From IMG/VR virus record IMGVR_UViG_3300014834_000354, positions 37,254-101,253 of that record: 64,000 bases of DNA; one strand, written 5' to 3'. Shown here piece by piece: positions 28,444 to 37,545 of the stretch; the stretch's first letter is position 1, and every line of letters starts with the position of its first letter. The DNA comes from a virus. Position numbers and translations under genes: made by a program. Under the pieces are notes generated by a model. The model did no database searches, was not told where the DNA came from, and worked only from the letters and a program-made list of their open reading frames with translations.

Positions 28444-29367
28444 TTAGACTGCCATCGCTAATTTGATTGGAGAATGATGAACATAGTCAACCAATTCGAT
28501 GTCTGACATTTTAAAATCATCAATGCAAGAAACATTCTTATTTAAACGCAGTTTTGGTAAATCATACGGCGTTCGTTGAAGTTGTTGCTTTACACCTTCA
28601 ATATGATTTTTGTAAATGTGTGCATCTCCTAAACTCATGACCAATTCGCCAACTTCCAAATTACAAACCTGTGCAACCAAGTGAGTTAGAAGAGCATAAC
28701 TCGCAATATTAAATGGTAGCCCAATCGCAACATCGCAAGAACGTTGTGTCATTAAACAAGATAATTCACCGCGTTTGTTGACACTGAATTGCATAGCAAA
28801 ATGGCATGGTGGCAAAGCCATTTGGTCCAATTCACCAGGATTCCAAGCACTTAACACGTGCCGCCGGCCGAATGGATCTTTTTTGATGCCATCAATTAGA
28901 TTGGCAAGTTGGTCAACTTTTTGAATTTGAACTTTAGCTTTGAAATACGTAATGCTGCCATCTTCATGTTCTACGAAATCATTGCTAAATTCTTCAAACA
29001 CTTTTGCATGTTTCCAATCTCGCCATTGTGCTCCGTAGACTCGTCCAAGATCACCATCAAATTTAGCTTTTGGCTTCCAATAACCGGCTAAAGCGTTCGG
29101 TGTCCAGATTGTAACTGGCCCTTGGCGATCGCCGTGCGTGATCTCGGCGAGCCTACGTTCATCGGTTGAACCCTCAATAAACCATAAAAGTTCACCGACT
29201 ACTGCTTTCCAAGCTAGCTTTTTTGTTGTTAGTGCCGGAAAGCCTTTTCTTAGGTCAAATCGCAGCTGTCTGCCAAAAACGGCGACAGTTCCAACTTGTG
29301 TCCTATCATCCCGCTCTTCACCATTTTCGAGAATGTCAGAAAGAAGATCTAAATATTGCTGTTCCAC
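28444..29367 (-). CDS. thyA: thymidylate synthase
   Basis: ELLWF, YGAQWR, ALPPCH, QRSCD..GLPFN (Asn, dUMP-specific) and DAHIY; GTG start. Confidence 0.97.
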   Translation of the reverse strand: MEQQYLDLLSDILENGEERDDRTQVGTVAVFGRQLRFDLRKGFPALTTKKLAWKAVVGELLWFIEGSTDERRLAEITHGDRQGPVTIWTPNALAGYWKPKAKFDGDLGRVYGAQWRDWKHAKVFEEFSNDFVEHEDGSITYFKAKVQIQKVDQLANLIDGIKKDPFGRRHVLSAWNPGELDQMALPPCHFAMQFSVNKRGELSCLMTQRSCDVAIGLPFNIASYALLTHLVAQVCNLEVGELVMSLGDAHIYKNHIEGVKQQLQRTPYDLPKLRLNKNVSCIDDFKMSDIELVDYVHHSPIKLAMAV

Positions 29368-29778
29368 TTATTTTGCTCCACGGTCAGCTAAAACTTTAAG
29401 TTGTTCTTCAGTTGGACTTTTCCAACCTTTTGGCTTGATCACATCGAGACTAGTGCCACGCTTTGAATCAGCGGCACTCTTGGCTCGCTCTTTTGACATA
29501 TTAGCTTTTTGAACAGGGTCCCAAAGATCAGACCAAAGATCATGATCTGCGCCCATCATATGCGAAGTGCCATATGCAACATACACCAAATCTAACAGAG
29601 CATCAAATGCTTCTTGGAGATTACCTTCTTCAGAAGCTTTTTTAAATTCATCAAGTTCTTCTTGTAAAAACTTAACACGGAAATTTAAGGCTTCACCAGA
29701 TAAAACGGTTGGAGTAGCTGAAACAGGAACTTCAAATTTGTCATGAAAATCCATTACGTCATAATATCCTGAATGCAT
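29368..29778 (-). CDS. MazG-like / PRA-PH family dNTP pyrophosphohydrolase
   Basis: QEELDE, DALLDLVYV, ANMSK and KPKGW. Confidence 0.85.
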   Translation of the reverse strand: MHSGYYDVMDFHDKFEVPVSATPTVLSGEALNFRVKFLQEELDEFKKASEEGNLQEAFDALLDLVYVAYGTSHMMGADHDLWSDLWDPVQKANMSKERAKSAADSKRGTSLDVIKPKGWKSPTEEQLKVLADRGAK

Positions 29779-29787
29779 GATTTCTCC

Positions 29788-31095
29788 TTATAGGTCAAGT
29801 TCTTTTAATTCTGTCAAATATAATTTTTTGGCTGTAGTGCTATTGAGCTCTACGATTTTTTCTTCAGTGTCACCAATTTCTTTCTTCAGCTTCTCAATTT
29901 CATCATGCGTTAGAGTATAAATTGGCAGTCGTAATAGGCGATCAGATTCTTTAAATTTATTTTTCTCTAACATTGATAATAATTCAGGTTTTGGTTGACC
30001 AGCAAAATCTTTAGCATGTTTTAAGTAGAACATCACGAAACGAAGTTTTTCATTTAACCACTCGAGCTGTTCAATTTCCATGTCAAGCAATTTTAGTCGT
30101 CGGTCTTCATATCGCAATAAGCGCCAATTAACGAACTCTTCTAAAATTGCTTCAGGTGTTTCATATTCCCTAATCTTGTTATTGGTATCCCAAAGAGTAA
30201 AGTTTTCTGTTTCACGAGAAATCAGTTTCAGCTTCTTCATCAACAGCTCATGTGACAAAGAAGTTGTTGTTCTTGGAACATTTAGAATAAATTCAAAAGA
30301 CGATTCAGTTGACATGTCTTCGAAGTTTTTAATTAAGCCTTCATCTTCAAGATCATATAGAACTTTCTTGAAGTCATCGAGATACATGCCAATTGGCAGT
30401 TCAGATACTTTGATTGTTGTTGTGTTTACAATCTCTAATTTACCCTCGACAACAACTTGCTTCTCAATTTTGCTAACTTTGCCAGTGAAACCTCTAAACC
30501 ATGGCAGCAATTGAGTTGTCGGCTTTTTGCCATTTAGGATCGCAATGGCATGAGCTTTAAGATCTTCTGGGTTATAACTTAGAATATTCGAGGCATACCC
30601 TGTGCCTACACCACGACTTCCATTGATCAGCACTAATGGCAGCAGTGGAATGTAATATTCTGGCTCAATCTCATCGCCATCTTCGATCATGTGCTTCAGA
30701 ATTATGTCATCTTCTTTCTTAAACAGCTTGCGAAAATTAGCTGAAAATTTTGTGAAGATGTAACGAGCAGATGCTGCAGATGGTGACAAGCGTGAACCAA
30801 ACTGGCCTAGTGGTTCAAACAAGTTGACATTATTAGAACCAGCGAAAGTTTGCGCGAGGCCAACCAGGGTCGCCTCGAGAGACCCCGTGCCATGATGGTA
30901 TTTGGTATCTGCTGCAATTGATGCAGCTAACCTTTCAATTTGTACTTCACCTGCATTTTCTCCTCGTTGCTGAGTGCCATAGATGCACTTCCTTTGTGCT
31001 GGCTTGAAACCATCACGCAGACTAGGAATACTTCTCACATTATCATAACGAGAGAATTGCACAAACTCTTGATCAAAATATTGCTTCACGCGCAT
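29788..31095 (-). CDS. gp52: type II topoisomerase medium subunit
   Basis: DGFKPAQRK, YHHG, GQFGSR and ARYI (catalytic Tyr). Confidence 0.95.
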   Translation of the reverse strand: MRVKQYFDQEFVQFSRYDNVRSIPSLRDGFKPAQRKCIYGTQQRGENAGEVQIERLAASIAADTKYHHGTGSLEATLVGLAQTFAGSNNVNLFEPLGQFGSRLSPSAASARYIFTKFSANFRKLFKKEDDIILKHMIEDGDEIEPEYYIPLLPLVLINGSRGVGTGYASNILSYNPEDLKAHAIAILNGKKPTTQLLPWFRGFTGKVSKIEKQVVVEGKLEIVNTTTIKVSELPIGMYLDDFKKVLYDLEDEGLIKNFEDMSTESSFEFILNVPRTTTSLSHELLMKKLKLISRETENFTLWDTNNKIREYETPEAILEEFVNWRLLRYEDRRLKLLDMEIEQLEWLNEKLRFVMFYLKHAKDFAGQPKPELLSMLEKNKFKESDRLLRLPIYTLTHDEIEKLKKEIGDTEEKIVELNSTTAKKLYLTELKELDL

Positions 31096-31127
31096 GCTAA
31101 GATACCCATTTTTAGAATGTATGATTG

Positions 31128-31142
31128 ATTATAACACAAATT
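31128..31142 (-). promoter_or_regulatory. extended -10 promoter
   Basis: AATTTGTGTTATAAT upstream of gp52. Confidence 0.55.
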
Positions 31143-31145
31143 GTT

Positions 31146-31409
31146 TTAATTGAACACAACAGTATCGCTAATTTTGTTTACACCTTTTTCTGACACTGTT
31201 CCATAAAGAACTTCAGCACCTCCGCGCTGTTCAAACAGTGTCAACATTTTACAATTGTCTCGTGCACTATGATAGATAGAAGATACTTCAGCTACGACAT
31301 CAGATGAATTGATTCTAACCAGATCGCCAACTTTGATTTCCATTTGTGAAAGAGTATTCATTTTATTTAGCGTGTCCTTAGAAATTTGCGTTGTTGAAAA
31401 AATTTTCAT
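31146..31409 (-). CDS. hypothetical protein
   Basis: GAGGA RBS; lies between the topoisomerase genes. Confidence 0.7.
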   Translation of the reverse strand: MKIFSTTQISKDTLNKMNTLSQMEIKVGDLVRINSSDVVAEVSSIYHSARDNCKMLTLFEQRGGAEVLYGTVSEKGVNKISDTVVFN

Positions 31410-31419
31410 TTCAGTCCTC

Positions 31420-33312
31420 TTATGTTAGGGCTACCCATTCTTTACGATCATCGGCTCGATTTTTGTTAAATGCTAAGTCTACTGCATCTCCATCCTTCAT
31501 ATCCTGAACAGTCAATTGAACTAAGTGCTTATCCATATTCTCAAGATATTCGCCAAACTCTTTTGCGGTTGATGTTCCAAGACCTTTATACCAGCGCATT
31601 TTATGTTTAACGTTCTCATTCTTTTCTTGCCATTGAACGTATTCTGCCTCAGTATAAAACCAGTGTTCTTCTTTTTTCTTGCCTTCAGTCCAGATTTTGA
31701 TAAGTGGAGTTCTGAAATAATGAATAACGCCAAGTTCAAAAAGTTCTGGCCAAAATGTGAAAAACAGATTTGTTAATAGTCCAGTGATATGTGCTCCATC
31801 GAGGTCAGCGTCACAAGTTGCCACGATTTTTCCAAATCGAAGTGAACCAACACTGACTACCTTTTCACCAAGCTTTAAGCCAGTGATGGTCAAGATCTTT
31901 TTGATTTCTTCATTTTCCAAGATCTTTTTAGTATCAATATCACGCACGTTTAATGGCTTACCACGAAGTGGAAAACTGCCAATAAATGGATTTTTACCTC
32001 GACCAGCTTGAACAGATTTTGCAGAGCTATCACCTTCAGTTAGAAAAAGGATGCACTTATGACGATCTCTTTTTTCTGAGGCATCTGAAAATTTTTCAAC
32101 TCGGCGTGGGTCAGTTTTATCAGCTTCCTTATTAAGCTTTCTGAGTTCAGCAAGTTGTTGCGCTTGTGCCTTAGCATTTACCCAATCTAACACTGATTGG
32201 ATGATTGGAGACTGCGTGAGGCGCTTAATAAATTTTTCAGAAACTGATGCTTGAGCTCTAACATCTTTCGCCAATTCAGAAATCAACTTTTCTTTCGTTT
32301 GACTATCATATTTTGGATTAACGATAGTTGAATCCAAGAACAGCAACAAGTGACCTTTAATGTCAGCTGGCTTAACATCTACTTTGTGTTTTTTCTTGAA
32401 GAAAGTTCGAAGATTTTCAACAATATCTGTTGCGACATGTTCAACGTGTGAGCCGCCAACAATTGTTTCAGAACCATTCACGAAAGAAACGTGTTGAAAG
32501 CCATCATCAGATGGTGCTACGGCAAGTCTCCAACCGCATTCTAATTCTTCATATTCCAATTCTGAAGTGTACAGAGAAACATAATCTTTGAATGTTTTGA
32601 GTTGAATTCGATTGCCGTTTAAATAAACTTTAAGCGTAGGATTACAGGCTGCGACATCAACAACTCGCTTCACGAGCTTTGCGTAATTGTCATCATCGAG
32701 CGTACAGCCTAGTCTTTCATAATCTGGTAGGAAAGTGATCTTGGTATGATTCTTATCGCTTTCACGAATCTTTGGTTCTTTTCTTACGTGATTATTGTCT
32801 AAAAATTCTTGCTTGAAAAAATTAACACCATCACATGTTTCAACCAAGAATTTTTTTGAGAAAATGTTAACTAATGATGCACCAACACCGTTAGTGCCTA
32901 CCCAAGTTCTTTCATCATCGTCATTAAAATTTGAACCGGCCTTTAACTCAGCAAACACCATTGTTGGCACATACATGTTATGCTCAGGGTGCAGCTGAAC
33001 TGGAATTCCGCCATTATCATAAACAGAAATTTCACCAGTTGCACGATCAACTTCAACCTTAATCACGTCGAGTTTTGAACCAGTGCGTTTGCTTTCATCG
33101 ACTGAGTTTGAAATGACTTCATCGAATAATTTTTGCAAACCAGGATTCCATGTCAGCTCGCGCTTGATCATCTTGGTCTCAGCTTCATCATACGCCCATG
33201 TGACTGCGGTGTGAGGCTGTGTTGAGCCAATGTACATCCCTGGCCGTAGAAGCACATGCTCAATGTCAGTTAGCTTCTTGTATTTTTGTGCAATATCAAC
33301 CTGCTTTGCCAT
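31420..33312 (-). CDS. gp39: type II topoisomerase large subunit (gp39+60 in one ORF)
   Basis: RPGMYIG, EVISNSVD, GTNGVG, EGDSS, PLRGK, DADLDG and YKGLG. Confidence 0.96.
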   Translation of the reverse strand: MAKQVDIAQKYKKLTDIEHVLLRPGMYIGSTQPHTAVTWAYDEAETKMIKRELTWNPGLQKLFDEVISNSVDESKRTGSKLDVIKVEVDRATGEISVYDNGGIPVQLHPEHNMYVPTMVFAELKAGSNFNDDDERTWVGTNGVGASLVNIFSKKFLVETCDGVNFFKQEFLDNNHVRKEPKIRESDKNHTKITFLPDYERLGCTLDDDNYAKLVKRVVDVAACNPTLKVYLNGNRIQLKTFKDYVSLYTSELEYEELECGWRLAVAPSDDGFQHVSFVNGSETIVGGSHVEHVATDIVENLRTFFKKKHKVDVKPADIKGHLLLFLDSTIVNPKYDSQTKEKLISELAKDVRAQASVSEKFIKRLTQSPIIQSVLDWVNAKAQAQQLAELRKLNKEADKTDPRRVEKFSDASEKRDRHKCILFLTEGDSSAKSVQAGRGKNPFIGSFPLRGKPLNVRDIDTKKILENEEIKKILTITGLKLGEKVVSVGSLRFGKIVATCDADLDGAHITGLLTNLFFTFWPELFELGVIHYFRTPLIKIWTEGKKKEEHWFYTEAEYVQWQEKNENVKHKMRWYKGLGTSTAKEFGEYLENMDKHLVQLTVQDMKDGDAVDLAFNKNRADDRKEWVALT

Positions 33313-33357
33313 TCACATATCTCCAAATTTAAACAGATGCTGGCGTTCAGCTTTATC

Positions 33358-33373
33358 ATTATAACATAGATTT
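33358..33373 (-). promoter_or_regulatory. extended -10 promoter
   Basis: AAATCTATGTTATAAT upstream of gp39. Confidence 0.6.
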
Positions 33374-33391
33374 GATCGAATGTTGAAGAAT

Positions 33392-33658
33392 TTAATCATC
33401 GCTCTGCGGCGCGCCAGAATCATCTTCAAGAAATAATTTGATTAGGGCATTCCCAACGTTGCTATCATGGGAAAGTGATGTGGCATACATGGCACACTCG
33501 CGAACAATTATTTCTACCAAATTTTCAAGGCGCGCGTCAACAACTTCTGGTGGTATGATATATGTTCTGTGTATTCCTGATGCCGTCGCGTTGTTGATTC
33601 TTCCATATTCAACAAATCCAGCGGCGTGAATCGCTGCGGCAACATGTGCATTTTTCAT
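33392..33658 (-). CDS. FAELIxxEC paralogue family protein
   Basis: ENLVEIIVRECA...LIKLF. Confidence 0.65.
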   Translation of the reverse strand: MKNAHVAAAIHAAGFVEYGRINNATASGIHRTYIIPPEVVDARLENLVEIIVRECAMYATSLSHDSNVGNALIKLFLEDDSGAPQSDD

Positions 33659-33696
33659 ATCATTTTCCCTTGCAAATTATCAATTTATTATTATGA

Positions 33697-33930
33697 TCAT
33701 GAGTAACGCGTAGTTACTAACTTTACGCGCATTTCAATTTCTTCTATGTCTCTTCTGGCCGACCATGTACCATAGTACAAAATATCTTTTTCACTGCATC
33801 TTATTCCGAGCAGACAATCAGCATTTGCTACATAACGATATCGCTGAGGATCAGCTTTGCCATACCGGTACACAAAATCCCTAAATTGTTGGTAATTGCC
33901 GGCGATAACAAATATAGGATCTACTTTCAT
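33697..33930 (-). CDS. hypothetical protein
   Basis: ATGA overlap. Confidence 0.65.
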   Translation of the reverse strand: MKVDPIFVIAGNYQQFRDFVYRYGKADPQRYRYVANADCLLGIRCSEKDILYYGTWSARRDIEEIEMRVKLVTTRYS

Positions 33931-34427
33931 GAAACTACCAAATTGACAAATAGACTAATCATGATTATCGCCACACAGATTAATAAAGTTCGTTCGGCCC
34001 AAAGATCGTGTGTATTTTGAGATTTCATATCTTCCCATAGTTTGCCACTTGGATCAATATCAAAATATACATCCATCAGTGATTTATCTGAAACATCAAT
34101 CACTTTCACTTCGTCAACTTTATCGTATGTCATTTCAAAAATGTCAGGCTTACATGGATAAATTTCACCTTTTACACCGCGAATAACATAATCTCCCCAA
34201 CTCACAAGCTGATTTCCTTCAAGCGTTTTGATGTATAGGAGATCATTTCCTAATTCTAAATTTGGAAAATATGAAGAGTATGCTGATGGAGAATATAGAG
34301 ATCCTACTTCTGTAAAGTTTTTCTTCCATGCTTCAGCCAACCAATCTGGCCAGGCAGATTTATTTTCGAATGTCTCTTTGGTCATTTGAAATGCTGAAAT
34401 TTCAACTGGCTTTTTAGTATATCTCAT
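33927..34427 (-). CDS. PGDYG-like phage protein with C-terminal TM helix
   Basis: YTKKPVEI, IKTLEG and GDYVIRGVKGEIYPCKPDIF. Confidence 0.75.
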   Translation of the reverse strand: MRYTKKPVEISAFQMTKETFENKSAWPDWLAEAWKKNFTEVGSLYSPSAYSSYFPNLELGNDLLYIKTLEGNQLVSWGDYVIRGVKGEIYPCKPDIFEMTYDKVDEVKVIDVSDKSLMDVYFDIDPSGKLWEDMKSQNTHDLWAERTLLICVAIIMISLFVNLVVS

Positions 34428-34439
34428 GATGTGATTTCC

Positions 34440-34721
34440 TTATTCTTTATGATCTCTACTCAGCATCTGCAAGGCGTAATATCTTAGCTTGGTTTTAAAG
34501 GCTAAACGTTCATTTTCACCTTTATTTTTCTGATTGTCAAATTCCCAGTACAGTGTTTCGAGCAAGTCTTCATCATGATTGACCGCAGAAGCTGCCTCAG
34601 CTCCTGTATTGAAGGAGCTCATGGCCACCGGTTCATCCCAATAAAGCCAGGTGCCAACAACAGTTTGTGATTTCTTGTCATCAGCTGGTGCAGCAGCTGT
34701 TGTCATGTTTAATTTTTTCAT
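34440..34721 (-). CDS. hypothetical protein
   Basis: Operon ORF. Confidence 0.65.
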   Translation of the reverse strand: MKKLNMTTAAAPADDKKSQTVVGTWLYWDEPVAMSSFNTGAEAASAVNHDEDLLETLYWEFDNQKNKGENERLAFKTKLRYYALQMLSRDHKE

Positions 34722-34727
34722 AGTGAA

Positions 34728-35168
34728 TTATTCCATTTCTTCGTTGAAGTGAACATCCTTTTCGCGCATTTGTTTAACGTAATACAATAAATCTTTCACT
34801 GTAATTTTATTTCCATATGAACCTGTCCAAGATCCAGCGTCACCGTATAATAGAACGTGGCAACCGCCGTGATAAATCAGTGTTACCTTATAACCTGGCT
34901 TACGACTACACTGCCAATGTTCAACAGTCACGCCAGATTCGGTAGTCATGCTTTTTAGTATCTCTTTATCTTCAGAAGATAAGTAATGCACTGGCGAAAG
35001 AGTATCATTTTGGCCAGCAACTGTTAACACATTAAGTAAATTTTCACCATCTTGAAGCAGCTGATTTGCTTTCCGCAGATCCTCTAATTGCAGCTCATGC
35101 CCAAGACAATCTTTTTCGTTGTCGAACAATTTTCCATCTACGGCTTCATATTTAACAATCTTTTTCAT
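34728..35168 (-). CDS. hypothetical protein
   Basis: AGGA RBS. Confidence 0.7.
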   Translation of the reverse strand: MKKIVKYEAVDGKLFDNEKDCLGHELQLEDLRKANQLLQDGENLLNVLTVAGQNDTLSPVHYLSSEDKEILKSMTTESGVTVEHWQCSRKPGYKVTLIYHGGCHVLLYGDAGSWTGSYGNKITVKDLLYYVKQMREKDVHFNEEME

Positions 35169-35185
35169 GATGCAATCCTTTAGCT

Positions 35186-35374
35186 TTAATTCTTATTAAT
35201 GATCTTCATTAAAGATTCTAATTCAGTCGCGGCTTCTTCAAGAAGATCTGCCATGCGATCTGGCTTGCCTTCCTGCACGCTTTTACGTGTGCTGATCTGT
35301 CTACGTATTTCTGCACGTTTTCGCAGACGATAAATTAAACTCTGCTGTTCATATGGCAAATGACTTTCGTCCAT
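35186..35374 (-). CDS. small phage protein
   Basis: AGGA RBS; RLRKRAEIRRQI...ADLLEEAA. Confidence 0.7.
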   Translation of the reverse strand: MDESHLPYEQQSLIYRLRKRAEIRRQISTRKSVQEGKPDRMADLLEEAATELESLMKIINKN

Positions 35375-35383
35375 ACTGTTTCC

Positions 35384-36061
35384 TTAGTCAATATACATTT
35401 GCAGATGGTCACCAGTAAATTTACGACCATCCGAAATTTCCATAACCATATCTGCGATTGTCTTCTCGGAGACATGATACCCTTTCTGTTTGTACTTAAA
35501 CATGCGATTGATTGAGGCCACAGGGAATGTTATTTTATTCACGTACAATCTTTTCAGCTTAACTGATTTAATCATTCTTTTTGCAATATCTACGCTGACG
35601 CCATCATACGCAGCTTGGCACGCCGTAAAATCAAAACTATCAATCAATTCAATACTATCCTTGTAATATTTTTTGGCTATACATTGAATTTTTAGATCAC
35701 GTTTTTTATACGTGAATAGCTCTCCCTTTGGACACTCAAATACACACCTAAAGCCATCTTCCTTCAATTTCTCATTCACGTGCCATAATTTTTCTTTCGT
35801 GTTAAAAAATAAATCAAAATCAGAAATTTTTTCAGTATGATGAATTAACGTACGCAGTGCTCCACCGGCCAACCAGACCTGGTTTTGTTCAAGATATGGT
35901 TTTACTACTTCTAATCTAGAAGTTCTCCATTGATGGAGATTTTCTGCAGGAATATGATACCAACGATTTACACAAAAATCACGATCATATGGCTCAGGTT
36001 CTGCTTGATAATCCAAATCATCGAGATCATCAAGTAAAATTTGTAATTTATTGACATCCAT
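35384..36061 (-). CDS. nucleotidyltransferase (CCA/poly(A) polymerase head-like)
   Basis: LAGGALR, DFDLFF and FDFT motifs. Confidence 0.8.
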   Translation of the reverse strand: MDVNKLQILLDDLDDLDYQAEPEPYDRDFCVNRWYHIPAENLHQWRTSRLEVVKPYLEQNQVWLAGGALRTLIHHTEKISDFDLFFNTKEKLWHVNEKLKEDGFRCVFECPKGELFTYKKRDLKIQCIAKKYYKDSIELIDSFDFTACQAAYDGVSVDIAKRMIKSVKLKRLYVNKITFPVASINRMFKYKQKGYHVSEKTIADMVMEISDGRKFTGDHLQMYID

Positions 36062-36085
36062 TTTGATTTACCATTAAGTAATAGA

Positions 36086-36307
36086 TTACATTTCCAAATT
36101 AAACATTTGAGATAAATGCTTAGCTAAATTGATTCTATCTTGAATTACGTCTGTAGATGCAATTGGACATTTTGCTATTTCTTCCATACAATCTAAAATA
36201 ATCAATTTAGCAAATTTAATATGATCAAAATAGTTGGGTGAAATTTTTCCATTCACCTCAACCATTTCAATTGAAAAACTCACTAATTGACTGATCCTAT
36301 CATTCAT
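36086..36307 (-). CDS. MNERIKEL/FAELIxxEC paralogue family protein
   Basis: MNDRISQL...KFAKLIILDC...MFNLE. Confidence 0.7.
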   Translation of the reverse strand: MNDRISQLVSFSIEMVEVNGKISPNYFDHIKFAKLIILDCMEEIAKCPIASTDVIQDRINLAKHLSQMFNLEM

Positions 36308-36474
36308 ACAATTTCTATAATCAGATTTGGATTACGCTTTTGTCTTTCTTTCCAATATGGAATAGCCCAAGCAAGATTGGTTTCAATAGCGAGATATGTC
36401 GGTGGTCTGTAATACGGTGTCATTCTGGACACCTTTGGAACATATCTTTTATCATACACTCTAAGATGACTCAT
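36304..36474 (-). CDS. small early protein (56 aa, not in ORF track)
   Basis: MSHLRVYDKRYVPK...; ATGA overlap with the next gene; directly after a promoter. Confidence 0.6.
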   Translation of the reverse strand: MSHLRVYDKRYVPKVSRMTPYYRPPTYLAIETNLAWAIPYWKERQKRNPNLIIEIV

Positions 36475-36509
36475 GGTGTCTTAACCTATAGATTGAATAG
36501 ACAATAGAT

Positions 36510-36539
36510 ATATTACATTGATTTGGCAGAAATGTAAAC
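36510..36539 (-). promoter_or_regulatory. early promoter GTTTACA-N17-TAATAT
   Basis: Consensus; shares 19 bp with the promoter at 37188-37217. Confidence 0.75.
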
Positions 36540-36547
36540 AACTTTAG

Positions 36548-36563
36548 GCGATTAATTAATCGC
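36548..36563. repeat. perfect 16-bp palindrome GCGATTAATTAATCGC
   Basis: Seen directly. Confidence 0.9.
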
Positions 36564-36564
36564 A

Positions 36565-37181
36565 ACATGGCAAAACTTTGAGAATGTTCATGTAAAAATG
36601 AGATCATCTGTCTACAGACAATCTAAAAAGAATCTCGTCTTTCCGAGCGTCATGATAATGGCGTGCTATTACGCCAAAGAGCTATCGGTCCTTTTTGCCA
36701 CCCGGCCACGCAACCTTTTTTCCGTTCTCGCTTCGCTTCTCAATGCAGTTACAAACTGGCTACCTGCACTGTTCTTCACCATCGAGTCTGGCCCTGCTTC
36801 CAGTTCCCTTTCGGGTCTGTGGGATTCATCAGGGTGAATTCCCCCACGGTCACATCCGCTAGTCACTCACTCATTAAAGCTGGCTGCTACTAGGCCAACT
36901 ACCACTATCATGGATGTAGGCTAGACTTACCCTGACCATTTCTGGACTGGCCGTAACCAGTGGGGAATTCCATAGCCTACATTCACTATAGTCCTGCTTT
37001 TGCAGGGTGTTAGCTTCGTATTTACTACCACTATCATGGATGTAGGCTAGACTTACCCTGACCATTTCTGGACTGGCCGTAACCAGTGGGGAATTCCATA
37101 GCCTACATTCACTATAGTCCTGCTTTTGCAGGGTGTTAGCTTCGTATTTACTACCTTTAACCTGCCAATCTGTTCAACGAT
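36565..37181 (-). ncRNA. putative large structured non-coding RNA (~600 nt), family unassigned
   Basis: Own early promoter; no credible ORF; GC-richer than flanks; many helices with GAAA/UACG tetraloops in the minus sense; 3' end approximate. Confidence 0.65.
36898..37155. repeat. exact 126-bp tandem duplication bounded by ACTACC microhomology
   Basis: 36898-37023 identical to 37024-37149; ACTACC at 36898, 37024 and 37150. Confidence 0.95.
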
Positions 37182-37187
37182 AGGTAT

Positions 37188-37217
37188 ATCTTAAACTAGT
37201 TTATGAGAAATGTAAAC
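37188..37217 (-). promoter_or_regulatory. early promoter GTTTACA-N17-TAAGAT driving the putative ncRNA
   Basis: Consensus with no RBS or credible ORF downstream. Confidence 0.75.
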
Positions 37218-37250
37218 AACTTTATGCTAGATTCCGTCGCGTGATTAGTG

Positions 37251-37538
37251 TTATTCCACGTCAATGCGTCTAATGACATATAGTTCCTCGCCGATTGAGA
37301 CATCACGTTCTACATAAACGCAATCATACCCATACTCATAGTCTTGTCCAGTATAATAGCCAATATTGACAATTTCAAATTCGTGTGCTGATAACGCTTC
37401 AGATAATTCAGATATTGATTCAGTGACTTGATTATCATCTTTTGGAATTAACGCCGCAATTCTTTTAAGGGTTTGCAGTGTGTTGCTTGCTGCTAAGGAT
37501 AATTTTAAGAAGGCTGGATCTATTTCTGTAGTCATCAT
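37251..37538 (-). CDS. hypothetical protein
   Basis: AGGA RBS. Confidence 0.65.
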   Translation of the reverse strand: MMTTEIDPAFLKLSLAASNTLQTLKRIAALIPKDDNQVTESISELSEALSAHEFEIVNIGYYTGQDYEYGYDCVYVERDVSIGEELYVIRRIDVE

Positions 37539-37545
37539 TTATCCT

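Noticed and set aside
36800-36850. CUGAUGA followed by GAAA on the minus strand, suggesting a hammerhead ribozyme
   Set aside because: The intervening bases do not form stem II. CUGAUGA lies within another hairpin and the GAAA is a tetraloop.
36598-37065. Four short ORFs (both strands) over the structured region
   Set aside because: No RBS, mutually overlapping, atypical composition, and one is merely created by the 126-bp duplication.
36898-37155. CRISPR array or DGR template
   Set aside because: Only two identical adjacent units with no spacers, no adenine-specific differences, and no cas or reverse transcriptase gene in the window.
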